Positions 27,725-38,096 of a stretch of 64,000 nt of DNA are shown here, in pieces. The position numbers and the translations under genes are program-made. Every line of letters starts with the position of its first letter. The stretch's first letter is position 1. The stretch is from positions 1,228,631 through 1,292,630 of the forward strand of contig CBDCNM010000001.1 in assembly GCA_965219385.1 (NCBI GenBank), read 5' to 3'. This stretch comes from Candidatus Latescibacterota bacterium (lineage in GTDB: Bacteria > Latescibacterota > UBA2968 > UBA8231). The notes beneath the pieces were generated by a model. It worked only from the letters and a program-made list of their open reading frames with translations. It did no database searches and was not told where the DNA came from.

Positions 27725-29632
27725 TCAGAGCTCGGCCCGGGTGGCGATCTTATCCGCGATCATGCCCACCGCCTCGTCCACCGACTGGGGCTCCAGATTT
27801 TCCCCCGAGCGCAGACGGATGGCCACCTGGCTCCCCTCCACCTCGCGGTCTCCCACCACCAGCATATAGGGCACCTTTTGCACCTGGGCCTGACGGATGC
27901 GGTAGTTGAGGGTGTTCTCATCGGCCAGTTCGGCCCGGATACTCGCAGCCCGCAATTGCTGGCATACCCCGCGGCCGTACTCCTGGTGGTGTTCGGTAAT
28001 CGGCAGGACCACGGCCTGCACCGGCGCCAGCCAGACCGGGAAGGCCCCGGCGTAGTGCTCGACCAGGGTGCCGAAAAACCGCTCCATGGACCCCAGCAGG
28101 GTCCGGTGGACCATGTAGGGCCGGTGGTGGCTGCCGTCCCGGCCTACATAGCTCAGGTCGAAGCGCTCGGGGAGGTTGAAATCGAACTGAATCGTGGAAC
28201 ACTGCCATTCCCGACCCAGCGCATCCTTGATCTTCACGTCGATCTTGGGCCCGTAGAAAGCCCCCCCGCCCTCATCCATCTCGTAGGGCAGGTTCTGGGA
28301 ATCCACCGCCTCCTTGAGCGCATCCGTGGACCGGTCCCAGCCCTGATCATCCCCCACGTACTTCTCGGGTCGCGTGGCCAGGTAAAACTTGAAGTCCTCG
28401 AACCCGAAGGCTCTCAGGATGTAGACCGTAAAATCGATCACCCGGATGATTTCGTCCTCCACTTGGTCCGGCCGGCAAAAAATGTGCGCGTCGTCCTGGG
28501 TGAACCCCCGGACCCGCAACAACCCGTAGAGCACTCCCGAGCGCTCGTAACGGTAGACCGTGCCCAACTCCGCCCAGCGCAAGGGCAGTTCCCGGTAGGA
28601 GCGCAGCCGGCTCTTGTAGATCGTGCTGTGAAAGGGGCAGTTCATGGGCTTGGCGTAATACGCCTGTCCCTCGATATCCATGGGCGCGTACATGTTTTCG
28701 CGGTAGAATTCGAGGTGCCCGCTGGTCTCCCACAACCGCGACCGGCCCACGTGGGGCGAACCCACCAGCTCGTAGCCTTTCTCGTAGTGCGCTCCGCGCC
28801 AGAAGTCCTCGATCTCGTGTCGCACTCGCGCTCCCTTGGGATGCCACAGCACCAGGCCGGGCCCCACGCTTTCATCAATCGAAAACAACTCCAGTTCCTG
28901 CCCCAGGCGTCTGTGGTCGCGCTTTTGGGCCTCCTTCAGCATTTCAAGATGCTGGTCCAGGGCCTCGCGGCTGGCAAAGGCCGTGCCGTAGATCCGCTGC
29001 AGCATCTTGTTGCTCTCGTCCCCGCGCCAGTAGGCCCCGGCCACGCTGAGCAGTTTGAAGTGCCGGCCCTGGCCGGTGCCCAGCATGTGCGGCCCCCGGC
29101 ACAGATCAATGAAATCCCCGTCCCGGTAAAACGAGAGCGTCTCGTCCGGGTCCAGGTCCCGGAGGATTTCGAGCTTGTAGGGCTCCTCCTCGAGCATGGG
29201 CAGGGCCTCCTCCCGGGAGACCTCGAGGCGCTCGAATCTGTGGTTTTGCTTGACCACCCGCTTCATTTCCTTTTCGATCTTCTGCAAGTCCTCTTCCGCG
29301 AAAGGGGTTTCCACGTCGAAATCGTAGTAGAAGCCATCCTCGATGGCCGGCCCGATCGCCAGCTTCACCCCTGGAAAGAGCCGCCTGACCGCCTGAGCCA
29401 GAACGTGCGCAAGGCTGTGCCGGTAGAGCCAGGCGGCCTCCTCCGACTCCCAGGGGATCAATTCGACTTCGGCGGCGGCCGGCAAGTCCGTGTGAAAATC
29501 GATGCGCTCGCCGTTGCGCCAGGCGCCGATACAGGATTTGAGCAACTTCTTGTCCTTGGTGAGCAGGATTTCCTTGAGCTTGCCCTCGCCTTCGTGTTCC
29601 AGCGGTTCTCCATCGGGTAGTTTGATAATCAT
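27725..29632 (-). CDS. thrS: Threonine--tRNA ligase
   Basis: YRHSLAHVLAQA, DLCRGPH, AGAYWRG, RDHRRLG, KPMNCP, RVRGFTQDDAH, AFYGPKID. Start ATG 29632. Confidence 0.98.
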   Translation of the reverse strand: MIIKLPDGEPLEHEGEGKLKEILLTKDKKLLKSCIGAWRNGERIDFHTDLPAAAEVELIPWESEEAAWLYRHSLAHVLAQAVRRLFPGVKLAIGPAIEDGFYYDFDVETPFAEEDLQKIEKEMKRVVKQNHRFERLEVSREEALPMLEEEPYKLEILRDLDPDETLSFYRDGDFIDLCRGPHMLGTGQGRHFKLLSVAGAYWRGDESNKMLQRIYGTAFASREALDQHLEMLKEAQKRDHRRLGQELELFSIDESVGPGLVLWHPKGARVRHEIEDFWRGAHYEKGYELVGSPHVGRSRLWETSGHLEFYRENMYAPMDIEGQAYYAKPMNCPFHSTIYKSRLRSYRELPLRWAELGTVYRYERSGVLYGLLRVRGFTQDDAHIFCRPDQVEDEIIRVIDFTVYILRAFGFEDFKFYLATRPEKYVGDDQGWDRSTDALKEAVDSQNLPYEMDEGGGAFYGPKIDVKIKDALGREWQCSTIQFDFNLPERFDLSYVGRDGSHHRPYMVHRTLLGSMERFFGTLVEHYAGAFPVWLAPVQAVVLPITEHHQEYGRGVCQQLRAASIRAELADENTLNYRIRQAQVQKVPYMLVVGDREVEGSQVAIRLRSGENLEPQSVDEAVGMIADKIATRAEL

Positions 29633-29647
29633 TTTTGTTCTCCCAAG

Positions 29648-29701
29648 TAGTTCAAAACCAAAAAAGCCCACTGCTAGTTCAAAACCAAAAAAGCCCACTG
29701 C
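29648..29701. repeat. Exact 27-bp tandem duplication in the thrS leader
   Basis: TAGTTCAAAACCAAAAAAGCCCACTGC at 29648-29674 and 29675-29701. Confidence 0.9.
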
Positions 29702-29718
29702 CAAAAGACAGCGGGCTC
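29687..29718 (-). terminator. Intrinsic terminator-like hairpin between ggt and thrS
   Basis: Minus strand GAGCCCGCTGTC-TTTT-GGCAGTGGGC-TTTTTT. Confidence 0.65.
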
Positions 29719-29759
29719 AAAATGATTACTGGCAACCCCTCACCCTGTCAAGTCCTCTG

Positions 29760-31559
29760 CTACCACCCCAGGGCGTAGCCGATGTTACCCTTGGGAGCGG
29801 CCGCCCCCAGAATCACGCCGCGCTCTCGAGCGAAGCGGATGCCCATGACCTTGCCGTGGCCCCAGCCGTCCCCCTTCACCACCTCGTGCCCGCGGCGCTC
29901 GAGTTCGGCGATGACCTCTTCGGGGATTCGATCCTCGGCCGCCAGACGACCGGGAAAGGCCGCGCGCGGATAAAAGGACGAGGGAAAGTGCACCGAGTGC
30001 ACCGTGGGCGCGTCCAGGGCCTCCTGGATATCCATGCCGAAGTCCGCGTAGTTGAGAAAGAACTGCAAGGTCCACTGGTCCTGGCTGTCGCCCCCCGGGG
30101 TGCCGAAGACCATGTAGGGCTGGCCTTCCTGGGTAACCAGCGAGGGAGTCAGGGTGGCCCGGGGCCGCTTGCGCGGCGCCAGGGCATTGGGCCGCGCCGG
30201 ATTCAGGAAGAACATCTGGCCGCGGGTGCCTAAGGGGAAACCCAGCCCGCGGATGATCGGAGAGGTCCCCAGCCAGCCCCCGCTCGGGGTCGCCGCCACC
30301 ATATTGCCCTGCGCGTCGATGGCATCCAGATGGGTGGTGTCCCCTAGGTGGGCGTGCCCCTGGCCCAGGTCTTTGACCGCGCGCGCCGCCACCTGCAAGG
30401 CGCGGCGGTTGTCCTGGGCCACGTCTTCGATATCGTAGTCCAGTTCGCCCTTGCCGACATCCCCCGGTCGCAATGCCCGCGAGGCTTCGGCGCCGATCAG
30501 CGCCCGCCGCTGGTCGTTGTATTCCCTGGACAGCAGCACGTCGAAGGGCACCTCGTCCAGAAGCGGATCCCCGTAATAGGCCTCGCGGTCGGCATAGGCC
30601 AGCTTGGCACATTCGATGAGGGTGTGCAGGTACTCCGCCGAGTTGTGGCCCATGGCGTTCAGATCGTATCCCTCCAGCAGGGCCAGTTGCTGCAAAAAGA
30701 CCGGTCCCTGGGTCCAGGAAGAACACTTTTTTACCTCCAGGCCCTGGTAGTCGAGGCTCAGGGGCTCCTCGATTCGGGCCTCCCACTCGGCCATATCTTC
30801 GTAGGAAAGCAGGCCCTTGTGGGCCGAGCCGCTGGCGTCCTCCACCGGGTTGTCGGCGATAAACTCGAGGATGGTCTCGGCGATCTCGCCCTTGTAGAAC
30901 ACGTCCCGCGCCCCGCGGATGCCGGCCTCGCGGCCCTTGTGTTTGGCCTCTTCCTCGCCCCGGCACATCTTCTTGAGCATCTCGGCCCAGTCCGGGTTGC
31001 GGAAAACCTCGCCCTCCTCGGGCGCCCGCCCGCCCGGCAGGTAGACCTCGCCCGTGCTCGGATACAACTCGGTAAACTTCTGGACATTGTTCGCCAGGCT
31101 GTGGTGCAACCCCGCGTACATGGGGTAGCCGTTTTCGGCCAACTCGATGGCCGGTTGCAAAACCTGGGCAAAGCTCATGGTGCCGAAGCGCGCCACGGCC
31201 GCGGCCCAGGTGCCCACCGGGGCCGGCACGCAGGCCGGCAAATAGCCGTCCCCGGGCACCAGATCGATGTCGTGCTCCCGGCACCAATCAATGGTAAACT
31301 CTTGGGGCGACCAGCCCATGCCGCTGATTTCGAAGGCCCGGCCTTCGGCCGCCGAGTAGATCAGGGTCGGCACCTCGCCGCCGATGCCGTTGCTTTGCGG
31401 TTCCAGCAAATTGAGGCAGAAACACATGGCCGCGGCCGCGTCGATGGCATTGCCGCCCTGCTCCATGATCCGAAAGCCGGCCGCCGCGGCCAGATAGTGC
31501 CCCGATGTAACGACCCCGCGCGTGCCCATGATAACCGGGCGGGTGGTAAAACCTGGCAT
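29760..31559 (-). CDS. ggt: Gamma-glutamyltransferase family protein
   Basis: GGNAIDAA, EPQSNGIGG, DTTHLDAID (catalytic Thr), PRKRPRATLTP, FGTPGGDSQDQ. Confidence 0.93.
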   Translation of the reverse strand: MPGFTTRPVIMGTRGVVTSGHYLAAAAGFRIMEQGGNAIDAAAAMCFCLNLLEPQSNGIGGEVPTLIYSAAEGRAFEISGMGWSPQEFTIDWCREHDIDLVPGDGYLPACVPAPVGTWAAAVARFGTMSFAQVLQPAIELAENGYPMYAGLHHSLANNVQKFTELYPSTGEVYLPGGRAPEEGEVFRNPDWAEMLKKMCRGEEEAKHKGREAGIRGARDVFYKGEIAETILEFIADNPVEDASGSAHKGLLSYEDMAEWEARIEEPLSLDYQGLEVKKCSSWTQGPVFLQQLALLEGYDLNAMGHNSAEYLHTLIECAKLAYADREAYYGDPLLDEVPFDVLLSREYNDQRRALIGAEASRALRPGDVGKGELDYDIEDVAQDNRRALQVAARAVKDLGQGHAHLGDTTHLDAIDAQGNMVAATPSGGWLGTSPIIRGLGFPLGTRGQMFFLNPARPNALAPRKRPRATLTPSLVTQEGQPYMVFGTPGGDSQDQWTLQFFLNYADFGMDIQEALDAPTVHSVHFPSSFYPRAAFPGRLAAEDRIPEEVIAELERRGHEVVKGDGWGHGKVMGIRFARERGVILGAAAPKGNIGYALGW

Positions 31560-31673
31560 AGGATTCCTCCTGTAAAAATCTCCTCAGCAGCCCATGAATA
31601 TCGGCAAAAGCTCGGAGAGACACAAATCGACAAAGGCCCTCTACTCCAAAGTATGAGTGGACCGGAGAAGATT

Positions 31674-33230
31674 TCAGCAGGAGTAGACGATCTCCAGATC
31701 GACGTCCAGCAGCACCAGGGCCGCGGCCAGTTCCGGGTTGCGCTGGGCCAGACTCACCTGCACGACGTGTTTTCCCGGCGATCCGGCCTGTGGGTCGAGG
31801 GCGTATTCGATCCAGGCGATGGTGCCCACCCTCGCCGTAGTATTCTGGTCTGCGCCCGCGGGAAAACGCGTGGCCGACTCCGTCAGTTCCCGACCATCGT
31901 AGAGGACCGTCAATTTGTCCTCGGGGGACCAATCCTGCAGGTGCAATCGCAGGGTGATGCCCTCGAGCCGCCCCTCCGCGGCCGCAGCCGGGGCATCGTC
32001 CACCACCTGCCAGGAAATGGTCGGCCCGGCCTGGGTGGTGGTGGCGTGGAGTTCCACGGGGACCTCGCCGTAAATCCGGTCCTGGTCGTCGATGCCGGCG
32101 AACCCGCTGCCCGGCTCCCGGTATACCCGCACCGTGCTGATGTAGGTCTTGGTGGCCCGCTCGAGCGCCCGGGCATCGCCGATCTGCGCCAGGAGGGTGT
32201 GGCGGGTGCGTTTTTGGGTATACCAGTTAAAGGTGTAAAACCCATCCACCTCCTCGGCCAACAGGCGCGCCGCCAGAGCCCGGGTGGCGTTTTGAAAGTG
32301 GGTCTCCCGGTCGGTGGCGCCCTGGGTCTCGTTGAAGAAAAATCCGCCCAGGGACGGATAGACCCGAATCGGGGTATCCCGGCACAACTCCACCCACCAC
32401 CTGCCATCCAGGCTGGAATCCATTTCCGCGCAGGCCGCCGGGATCAGGTAATCGACCAGTTCTTCCTCCACCCACTGCTCGACATCGTAGCCCACGTGCC
32501 GGCAGGCCTCGCGCGAGGCGGCAACCCGGGCGGCCAGCCACAAGGGACGGCCGCGGCGCTTTCCGGTTTCCTCGACGATCCGCCGGGCCAGGCGCATGAA
32601 ATCCGTGAGCACGTAGCGCCGGCGGAAGGCGTGGTGCACCGGCAGGTGATGGGCGTGCCTTTGCCAGTCCAGTTCGATGCCGTCGAAGTCGTAGTTTTCC
32701 GCCAGTTCGCACACCATGTCGAGCCGGTGCTGGCGCACCCGGGCGTGGGAGTAGTCCCACGAGGTGGCAAACCAGGCCGGTACCTGATCTCCCAGAAGCA
32801 ATTCGGGATGATCGCGCTTGAGGCGAGGCATGTCGGTGGGGTCCTGGTGCTGGTCGTTCATGCGGAAGGAAAAGAAGACCTCCAGGCCCTTCTCTCGGGC
32901 CCCGTCGATGGCCGCCTGGTTCGAGTCTTCGCCGCGCTGGATCATGGCGCGGGCATTGGCGATCGAGCGCCATTGCATGACCCCTTCGCAACGTCCGCCG
33001 GCCGCTTCTCCCTTGAATTCCAGGACCTCGGATGGATAAAAAGCGGTGCTGCCGGCCGAGCCGTTCCAGAACACACAGTCCACGGCCGTGCCTTCCAGAT
33101 CGCTGTATACAATATCGATAAAGGTCTCCCGACTCATGGGGACTTCGGCCTGACTCAGGGCGTCGTCGCCGTCCCAGTTGAGGATAGCTCGATACCTCGG
33201 AGGCACTTTTTGGGGGGTAGGTGTGGGCAT
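31674..33230 (-). CDS. Glycosyl-hydrolase-like (GHL10/DUF187-type TIM barrel) protein
   Basis: NWDGDD, FFSFRMND, WDYS..VR, YDFDGIELDWQR, DGFYTFN. Confidence 0.6.
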   Translation of the reverse strand: MPTPTPQKVPPRYRAILNWDGDDALSQAEVPMSRETFIDIVYSDLEGTAVDCVFWNGSAGSTAFYPSEVLEFKGEAAGGRCEGVMQWRSIANARAMIQRGEDSNQAAIDGAREKGLEVFFSFRMNDQHQDPTDMPRLKRDHPELLLGDQVPAWFATSWDYSHARVRQHRLDMVCELAENYDFDGIELDWQRHAHHLPVHHAFRRRYVLTDFMRLARRIVEETGKRRGRPLWLAARVAASREACRHVGYDVEQWVEEELVDYLIPAACAEMDSSLDGRWWVELCRDTPIRVYPSLGGFFFNETQGATDRETHFQNATRALAARLLAEEVDGFYTFNWYTQKRTRHTLLAQIGDARALERATKTYISTVRVYREPGSGFAGIDDQDRIYGEVPVELHATTTQAGPTISWQVVDDAPAAAAEGRLEGITLRLHLQDWSPEDKLTVLYDGRELTESATRFPAGADQNTTARVGTIAWIEYALDPQAGSPGKHVVQVSLAQRNPELAAALVLLDVDLEIVYSC

Positions 33231-33368
33231 GTATGTTCATCTCCTTATGAATGCAAAACCTGTTGGGATTAAAAATTAAATTTGGCCCAAGGGCAAGGGG
33301 CATTCTATATTTTGGGACGCGCCATTTTGACGCCGACTTACCCCAATGGAGCTTCAAAGGAGAAGCCA

Positions 33369-34460
33369 ATGCAACCAGCACGCCCCGCCGACCAGCCTGA
33401 AATCCGCATCGACCTCTACAGCGACACCTCGACCAAGCCCACCCCGGAAATGCGCGAATTCATGTGCCGCGCCCAGGTCGGAGACGAGCAAAAGGGCGAG
33501 GATCCCTCGGTCAACCAGCTCCAGGACATGGTGGCCGACCTGCTGGGCAAGGAGACCGCCGTCTTGCTGCCGTCCGGGACCATGTGCAATCAGATCGCCT
33601 TTGCCGTGCACTGCAACCCTGGGGACATGGTCCTGTGCGACCGCAGCGCCCACCCGCTGCATTCCGAGGCCGGGGGCGTCGCCTCTCTGGCCGGGGCCAC
33701 CATGTACCCGATCGACGGCCAGCGCGGTCGGTTCACCGCCGCCCAGGTCGAGGAGGAAATGACTCCACCCACGCGCTACTGGCCCGGCCTGCGCGGCATC
33801 TCCGTGGAGCAGACCACCAATCGCCCCGGCGGCTTCATCTGGCCCCTGGAGCAGATGAGGGAGGTGTGCCAGGTGGCTCGCAGCCACGGGGCCATAACCC
33901 ACATGGACGGCGCCCGCCTGTTCAATGCCGTGGTGACCACCAGGATCTCGGCCCGGGACTACTCCGCCTCGTTCGACTCGGTGTGGATCGACCTGAGCAA
34001 AGGTCTCGGGGCCCCGGTGGGCGGGGTGCTGGCCGGCACGCGCGAATTTATCGGCGAAGCCTGGCGCTGGAAACAGCGCATTGGCGGGGCCATGCGCCAG
34101 GCCGGCATCATTGCGGCAGGAGGCCTATACGCCCTCGAGCACAATGTGGAACGGCTGGCCGAGGACCATCGCCACGCCCGGATCCTGGCCGAGGAAATCG
34201 CCGGCTGCCCGGGCATCGCTATCAACCCCGAACAGGTGGAGACCAACATGGTTCGCTTTGATGTGGGGGAACTGGGTCTGGCCTCCAAGGATTTTGCCGA
34301 TCAACTGCTGCGGGAATCAGGGATCCGCGTCAGCGCGCCCATCAGGACGAAGATACGGGCGATTCCCCACCTCGGGATCACCGAGGCCGACGTGCGCGAG
34401 GCGGCCGGGGCCATTCGCGCCCTGGCGGAAAAGCTTGCCGCAGCTGTTAAAGAGATCTGA
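33369..34460 (+). CDS. ltaE: Low-specificity L-threonine aldolase family (PLP)
   Basis: IDLYSDT, VGDE..GEDPSV, PSGTMCNQ, HMDGARLFNA, LSKGLGAPVG, GGAMRQAG. Confidence 0.9.
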   Translation: MQPARPADQPEIRIDLYSDTSTKPTPEMREFMCRAQVGDEQKGEDPSVNQLQDMVADLLGKETAVLLPSGTMCNQIAFAVHCNPGDMVLCDRSAHPLHSEAGGVASLAGATMYPIDGQRGRFTAAQVEEEMTPPTRYWPGLRGISVEQTTNRPGGFIWPLEQMREVCQVARSHGAITHMDGARLFNAVVTTRISARDYSASFDSVWIDLSKGLGAPVGGVLAGTREFIGEAWRWKQRIGGAMRQAGIIAAGGLYALEHNVERLAEDHRHARILAEEIAGCPGIAINPEQVETNMVRFDVGELGLASKDFADQLLRESGIRVSAPIRTKIRAIPHLGITEADVREAAGAIRALAEKLAAAVKEI

Positions 34461-34476
34461 GAGCGAGGAGCAGAAC

Positions 34477-35931
34477 ATGGACGATACCCCCCTGGACATA
34501 GGGACCAGCAAGCAGCTCTTTTTCGACGAATACTTCTTCGCCAGCAAGCGCAACATCTCCCTCGCGGTGAACCGCCCTTATCAGGATCCCGAACCCGTGC
34601 TGGTAGCCGACCAACCCTGGGAGTCCGGCGGCATCGGCTCCTACAACACCGTGATGCTGGAAAACGGCAGCTTTCGCCTGTGGTACGACGCCCAAGTAAG
34701 TCCGGACACTCCGGGCCGGTTCAACCGCCAGCTCTGCTACGCCGAGTCCACCGACGGGGTCCACTGGCAAAAGCCCGACCTGGGCCTGCTGCGTTTCGGC
34801 CATTCCCAACAAAACAACATCGTCAGCCCCCCTTCCGGCGAGCAGAGCCAGCAGGGCGCCACGGTCTTTCGCGACGATCGGGCCCCCCAAAGCGAACGCT
34901 ACAAGGCCTGGACAAAACTCAACCCGGCCCCGCGCCAGACCAGGCGAACCCGGGCCGGCGGCCTGCGCGCCCTAACATCCCCCGACGGCTTGCGCTGGAA
35001 ATTCCTAAAAGAGGGCTATCCCCTGGCGAATGGGGCCGCGGCCGACAGCCAGAACATCCCCTTCTGGGACGACGAACTGGGCCGCTATGTGGCCTATGTG
35101 CGCATGAAAAACTTCCCCCGAGGACGCGACCGCACCTGCTGGGTGGGCCGCATGACCTCCAAGGACTTCCGCCATTGGACCCGGGCTCGAACCGTCTTCC
35201 GCGCCGACGAGCTGGACGAAGCCATGCCCCTGCCCTCCACCATGACCGCCCGCCAACCCGTCCTCGACTTTTACACCCCTGGCGGCATGAAGTACCCAGG
35301 CGCTCCGTCCAGCTATATCCTGCTGCCCACTGCCTACCACCACTGGGATGAGGGACGCTTTCCCAGTAGCATTGACGTCATCCTCCTGACCAGCCGCGAC
35401 GGCCTCCGCTGGCACCGTCCGGCCCCCCGCGCTCCCTACCTGAGCCTGGGTCTGGACGGCGGACCAAGCAGCGGTATGATCTTCGCCAACCCCTGGCCCA
35501 TCATCGTGGGCGACGAGGTCTGGATCTACTACGCGGGCACCAGCCGGTTCCACCTGGAATCCGCCACCGATCCGGCCCGGTCGGGCCTTTTCCGCGCCCG
35601 CCTCCGCCTGGACGGCTTCCTCTCCGCGGACGCCCCTTCCAGTGGCGGGACCTTCACCACCCCCCCGCTCAAATTTGCCGGACGCCAACTCGAACTCAAC
35701 CTAGACACCTCCGGCGGCGGCTGGGTAGAGGTAGAGATCCAGAGCGCCAAAGGCAAGGCCCTGGCCGGCTTTACCCGAGGCGACTGCGATGTCATCAGAG
35801 GGAATTCCACCCACAAGGTGGTCACCTGGAACGGCTGTCCCGACTGCTCGGCAGGTGCGGGCCGACCGGTCCGCCTGCGTTTTGTCATGCGCTCGGCAAA
35901 GCTGTATGCCTTCCGGTTTACCCAGCCCTGA
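34477..35931 (+). CDS. Hypothetical protein, beta-propeller glycoside-hydrolase-like
   Basis: GAGGAG RBS. KQLFFD, PWE, FRLWY, CYAESTDGVHWQKP, repeated SxDG/SxDF..W motifs, LRLDGF. Confidence 0.6.
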   Translation: MDDTPLDIGTSKQLFFDEYFFASKRNISLAVNRPYQDPEPVLVADQPWESGGIGSYNTVMLENGSFRLWYDAQVSPDTPGRFNRQLCYAESTDGVHWQKPDLGLLRFGHSQQNNIVSPPSGEQSQQGATVFRDDRAPQSERYKAWTKLNPAPRQTRRTRAGGLRALTSPDGLRWKFLKEGYPLANGAAADSQNIPFWDDELGRYVAYVRMKNFPRGRDRTCWVGRMTSKDFRHWTRARTVFRADELDEAMPLPSTMTARQPVLDFYTPGGMKYPGAPSSYILLPTAYHHWDEGRFPSSIDVILLTSRDGLRWHRPAPRAPYLSLGLDGGPSSGMIFANPWPIIVGDEVWIYYAGTSRFHLESATDPARSGLFRARLRLDGFLSADAPSSGGTFTTPPLKFAGRQLELNLDTSGGGWVEVEIQSAKGKALAGFTRGDCDVIRGNSTHKVVTWNGCPDCSAGAGRPVRLRFVMRSAKLYAFRFTQP

Positions 35932-36000
35932 CGGAATCGGCCCAGCCGTCCGGCCTGATTTCAGTCGACTTTCGTTCCGCAGGGGGTTCTGATCCACCTT

Positions 36001-36447
36001 TCAATCCGTCCCGCACACCACAACAACATCGCCGACCCGAATCATGCCGTTCCCCACCACCGACCCGTACACCCCACCCCGCATATCCGGCTTTAGGGCC
36101 TGCTGCAACCCCTCGTACTGCTGGTCCATCACCCCGCACGGGGTGGTCTCGCCGCGGACCCACACCTCGGCCGCGCCGATCCGCAGATGGCGCTCCACCA
36201 GCCCCGCCAGATCCAGCCCGCTCAAAAGCAGGTTGGCACGCCGCAAAACCGGCGGCAAATCCGCCCCCAACTCGGCCATGGCCGCATCCCAGGCCTCCTG
36301 AGAGAGCAAGGTCAAAGCCCGCTTCTTCCCGCGCTGCTGATCCCCCTCCAACCCCCGACCGGCCACGGCCTCGACCTCATCCACTACCCTGGCCGGCCCA
36401 AGGCGCTCGGGGAAGAGATAAATCTGCTTCACTCTTCCAGTACTCAT
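36001..36447 (-). CDS. MOSC-domain protein
   Basis: AGRGLEGD, RALTLLSQE, RRANLLLSG, ETTPCGVMD, RGGVYG..V..G.IRVGD. Confidence 0.85.
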   Translation of the reverse strand: MSTGRVKQIYLFPERLGPARVVDEVEAVAGRGLEGDQQRGKKRALTLLSQEAWDAAMAELGADLPPVLRRANLLLSGLDLAGLVERHLRIGAAEVWVRGETTPCGVMDQQYEGLQQALKPDMRGGVYGSVVGNGMIRVGDVVVVCGTD

Positions 36448-36461
36448 CTGTTTTTTCTCCC

Positions 36462-38096
36462 TCACAAAGGACACACCAGTTGGCCATCCAGGAGCCGGCC
36501 GTTGCCCGAATAATCCATGGGCACCTCGATCAGATGCAACCCCTCCCCGTCCAGGCATTCCGCCAGCAAAGGCGCCAGGTCCCCGGTCCGCTCAACGCGG
36601 TGGCCGTGGCCCCCATAACTTTCGGCGTAGCGGATGAAGTCGGGGTTGTCGTAGTCGAGCCCAAAGTCCGCGAAGCCCATGTGGGCCTGCTTCCACTTGA
36701 TCATGCCGTAGCCGTCGTCGCGCAGAATCAGCACCACCAGATTCACGTCCAGCCGCACCGCGGTTTCGAGTTCCTGGGAGTTCATCATAAACCCGCCGTC
36801 CCCGCAGATGGCCACCACCTTTTTGCCGGGCTCGACCAGGCAGGCGGCCAGGGCCGAGGGCAGGCCGGCCCCCATGGTGGCCAGGGCATTGTCCAGCAAG
36901 ACGGTATTGGGCTCGTGTGCTCTGTAGTTGAGCGCGAACCAGATCTTATAGACCCCGTTGTCCAGGACGATGATGCCGTCGTCGGGCACTACCCGGCGGA
37001 CATCGGCGACCAGACGCTGCGGAACCACCGGAAAGCCCTCTTCGTCCTCGCCTGCCTTGAGGTGTTCCTCCACCCACGCCTTCACCTGCATGAAGTAGTC
37101 GAAGTCCCAGGTGTCCTGGGGCTCTACTTTTTCCATGATCTGCCAGATGCTGTTGCCGATATCGCCGATTACCTCCAGCTGGGGAAAGTAGACCGGATCC
37201 ACCTCGGCCGAAGAGAAGTCTATGTGGATCACCTTGAAGCCGCCGTGCTCCATGAAGAAGGGCGGCTTTTCGACCACATCGTGGCCCACGTTGATGATCA
37301 GGTCGGCCCGCTCGACCGCGCAGTGCAGGTAGTCGTTGGAGGAAAGGGCGGCATTGCCGAGAAAGAGCAGGTGCCTTTCGTCGACCACGCCCTTGCCCAT
37401 CTGGGTATTGAAGAAGGGAATGCCGCTGTGGTCGATAAACCGGGCCAGCATATTGGAGGTGCGCTTGCGGTTGGCCGCGGCCCCGATCAGCAACAGCGGG
37501 CGGTGGGCCTCCTCGATCATTTCCACGGCCTTGAAGATCGCCTTGTCCTCGGGCACGGGCCGGCGCACCCGGTCCCTGGGGAACAGGGCCTCGGCCGTCT
37601 CCTCGGCGGCGATGTCTTCGGGCAACTCCAGGTGCACCGCTCCGGGGCGCTCCTCCTCGGCCAGGCGGAAGGCCTCGCGCACCCGCGAGGGGATGATGTT
37701 GCCGCTGACGATCTGGCAGGTGTACTTGGTCAGGGGCCGCATCATATCCACCACGTCGACGATCTGGAACTGCCCTTGCTTGCTCGACTTGATCGGCTTC
37801 TGCCCGGTGATCATCAACATGGGCATGCCCCCCAGCTGGGCGTAGGCGGCCGCGGTCACTAAGTTGGTGGCCCCCGGCCCCAGGGTCGCCATGCAAACCC
37901 CGGTCTTGCCGGTCAGGCGGCCATAGGTAGCGGCCATGAAGCCGGCGGCCTGCTCGTGCCGGGTCAGGATCAGCTTGATCCGGCGCGATTCCTTCAAGGA
38001 GTTGAGCAGATCGAGGTTTTCCTCTCCTGGGATGCCGAAAATGAATTCGACGCCTTCGGCTTCGAGGGCTTTGACAAATAAATCCGAAGCTTTCAC
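36462..38096 (-). CDS. Acetolactate synthase large subunit-like TPP enzyme
   Basis: IFGIPGEENL, TRHEQAAGFMA, TLGPGATN, GDGGFMMNSQELET. GTG start overlaps the upstream stop. Confidence 0.9.
   Translation of the reverse strand: MKASDLFVKALEAEGVEFIFGIPGEENLDLLNSLKESRRIKLILTRHEQAAGFMAATYGRLTGKTGVCMATLGPGATNLVTAAAYAQLGGMPMLMITGQKPIKSSKQGQFQIVDVVDMMRPLTKYTCQIVSGNIIPSRVREAFRLAEEERPGAVHLELPEDIAAEETAEALFPRDRVRRPVPEDKAIFKAVEMIEEAHRPLLLIGAAANRKRTSNMLARFIDHSGIPFFNTQMGKGVVDERHLLFLGNAALSSNDYLHCAVERADLIINVGHDVVEKPPFFMEHGGFKVIHIDFSSAEVDPVYFPQLEVIGDIGNSIWQIMEKVEPQDTWDFDYFMQVKAWVEEHLKAGEDEEGFPVVPQRLVADVRRVVPDDGIIVLDNGVYKIWFALNYRAHEPNTVLLDNALATMGAGLPSALAACLVEPGKKVVAICGDGGFMMNSQELETAVRLDVNLVVLILRDDGYGMIKWKQAHMGFADFGLDYDNPDFIRYAESYGGHGHRVERTGDLAPLLAECLDGEGLHLIEVPMDYSGNGRLLDGQLVCPL

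Noticed and set aside
29648..29701. 27-bp direct repeats as a CRISPR remnant
   Set aside because: The two copies are directly adjacent with no spacer and no cas genes are present. No CRISPR array was seen anywhere in the window.
30348..33272. 974-aa plus-strand ORF
   Set aside because: Antisense shadow of ggt and the GH-like gene, typical of high-GC DNA, with no motifs.
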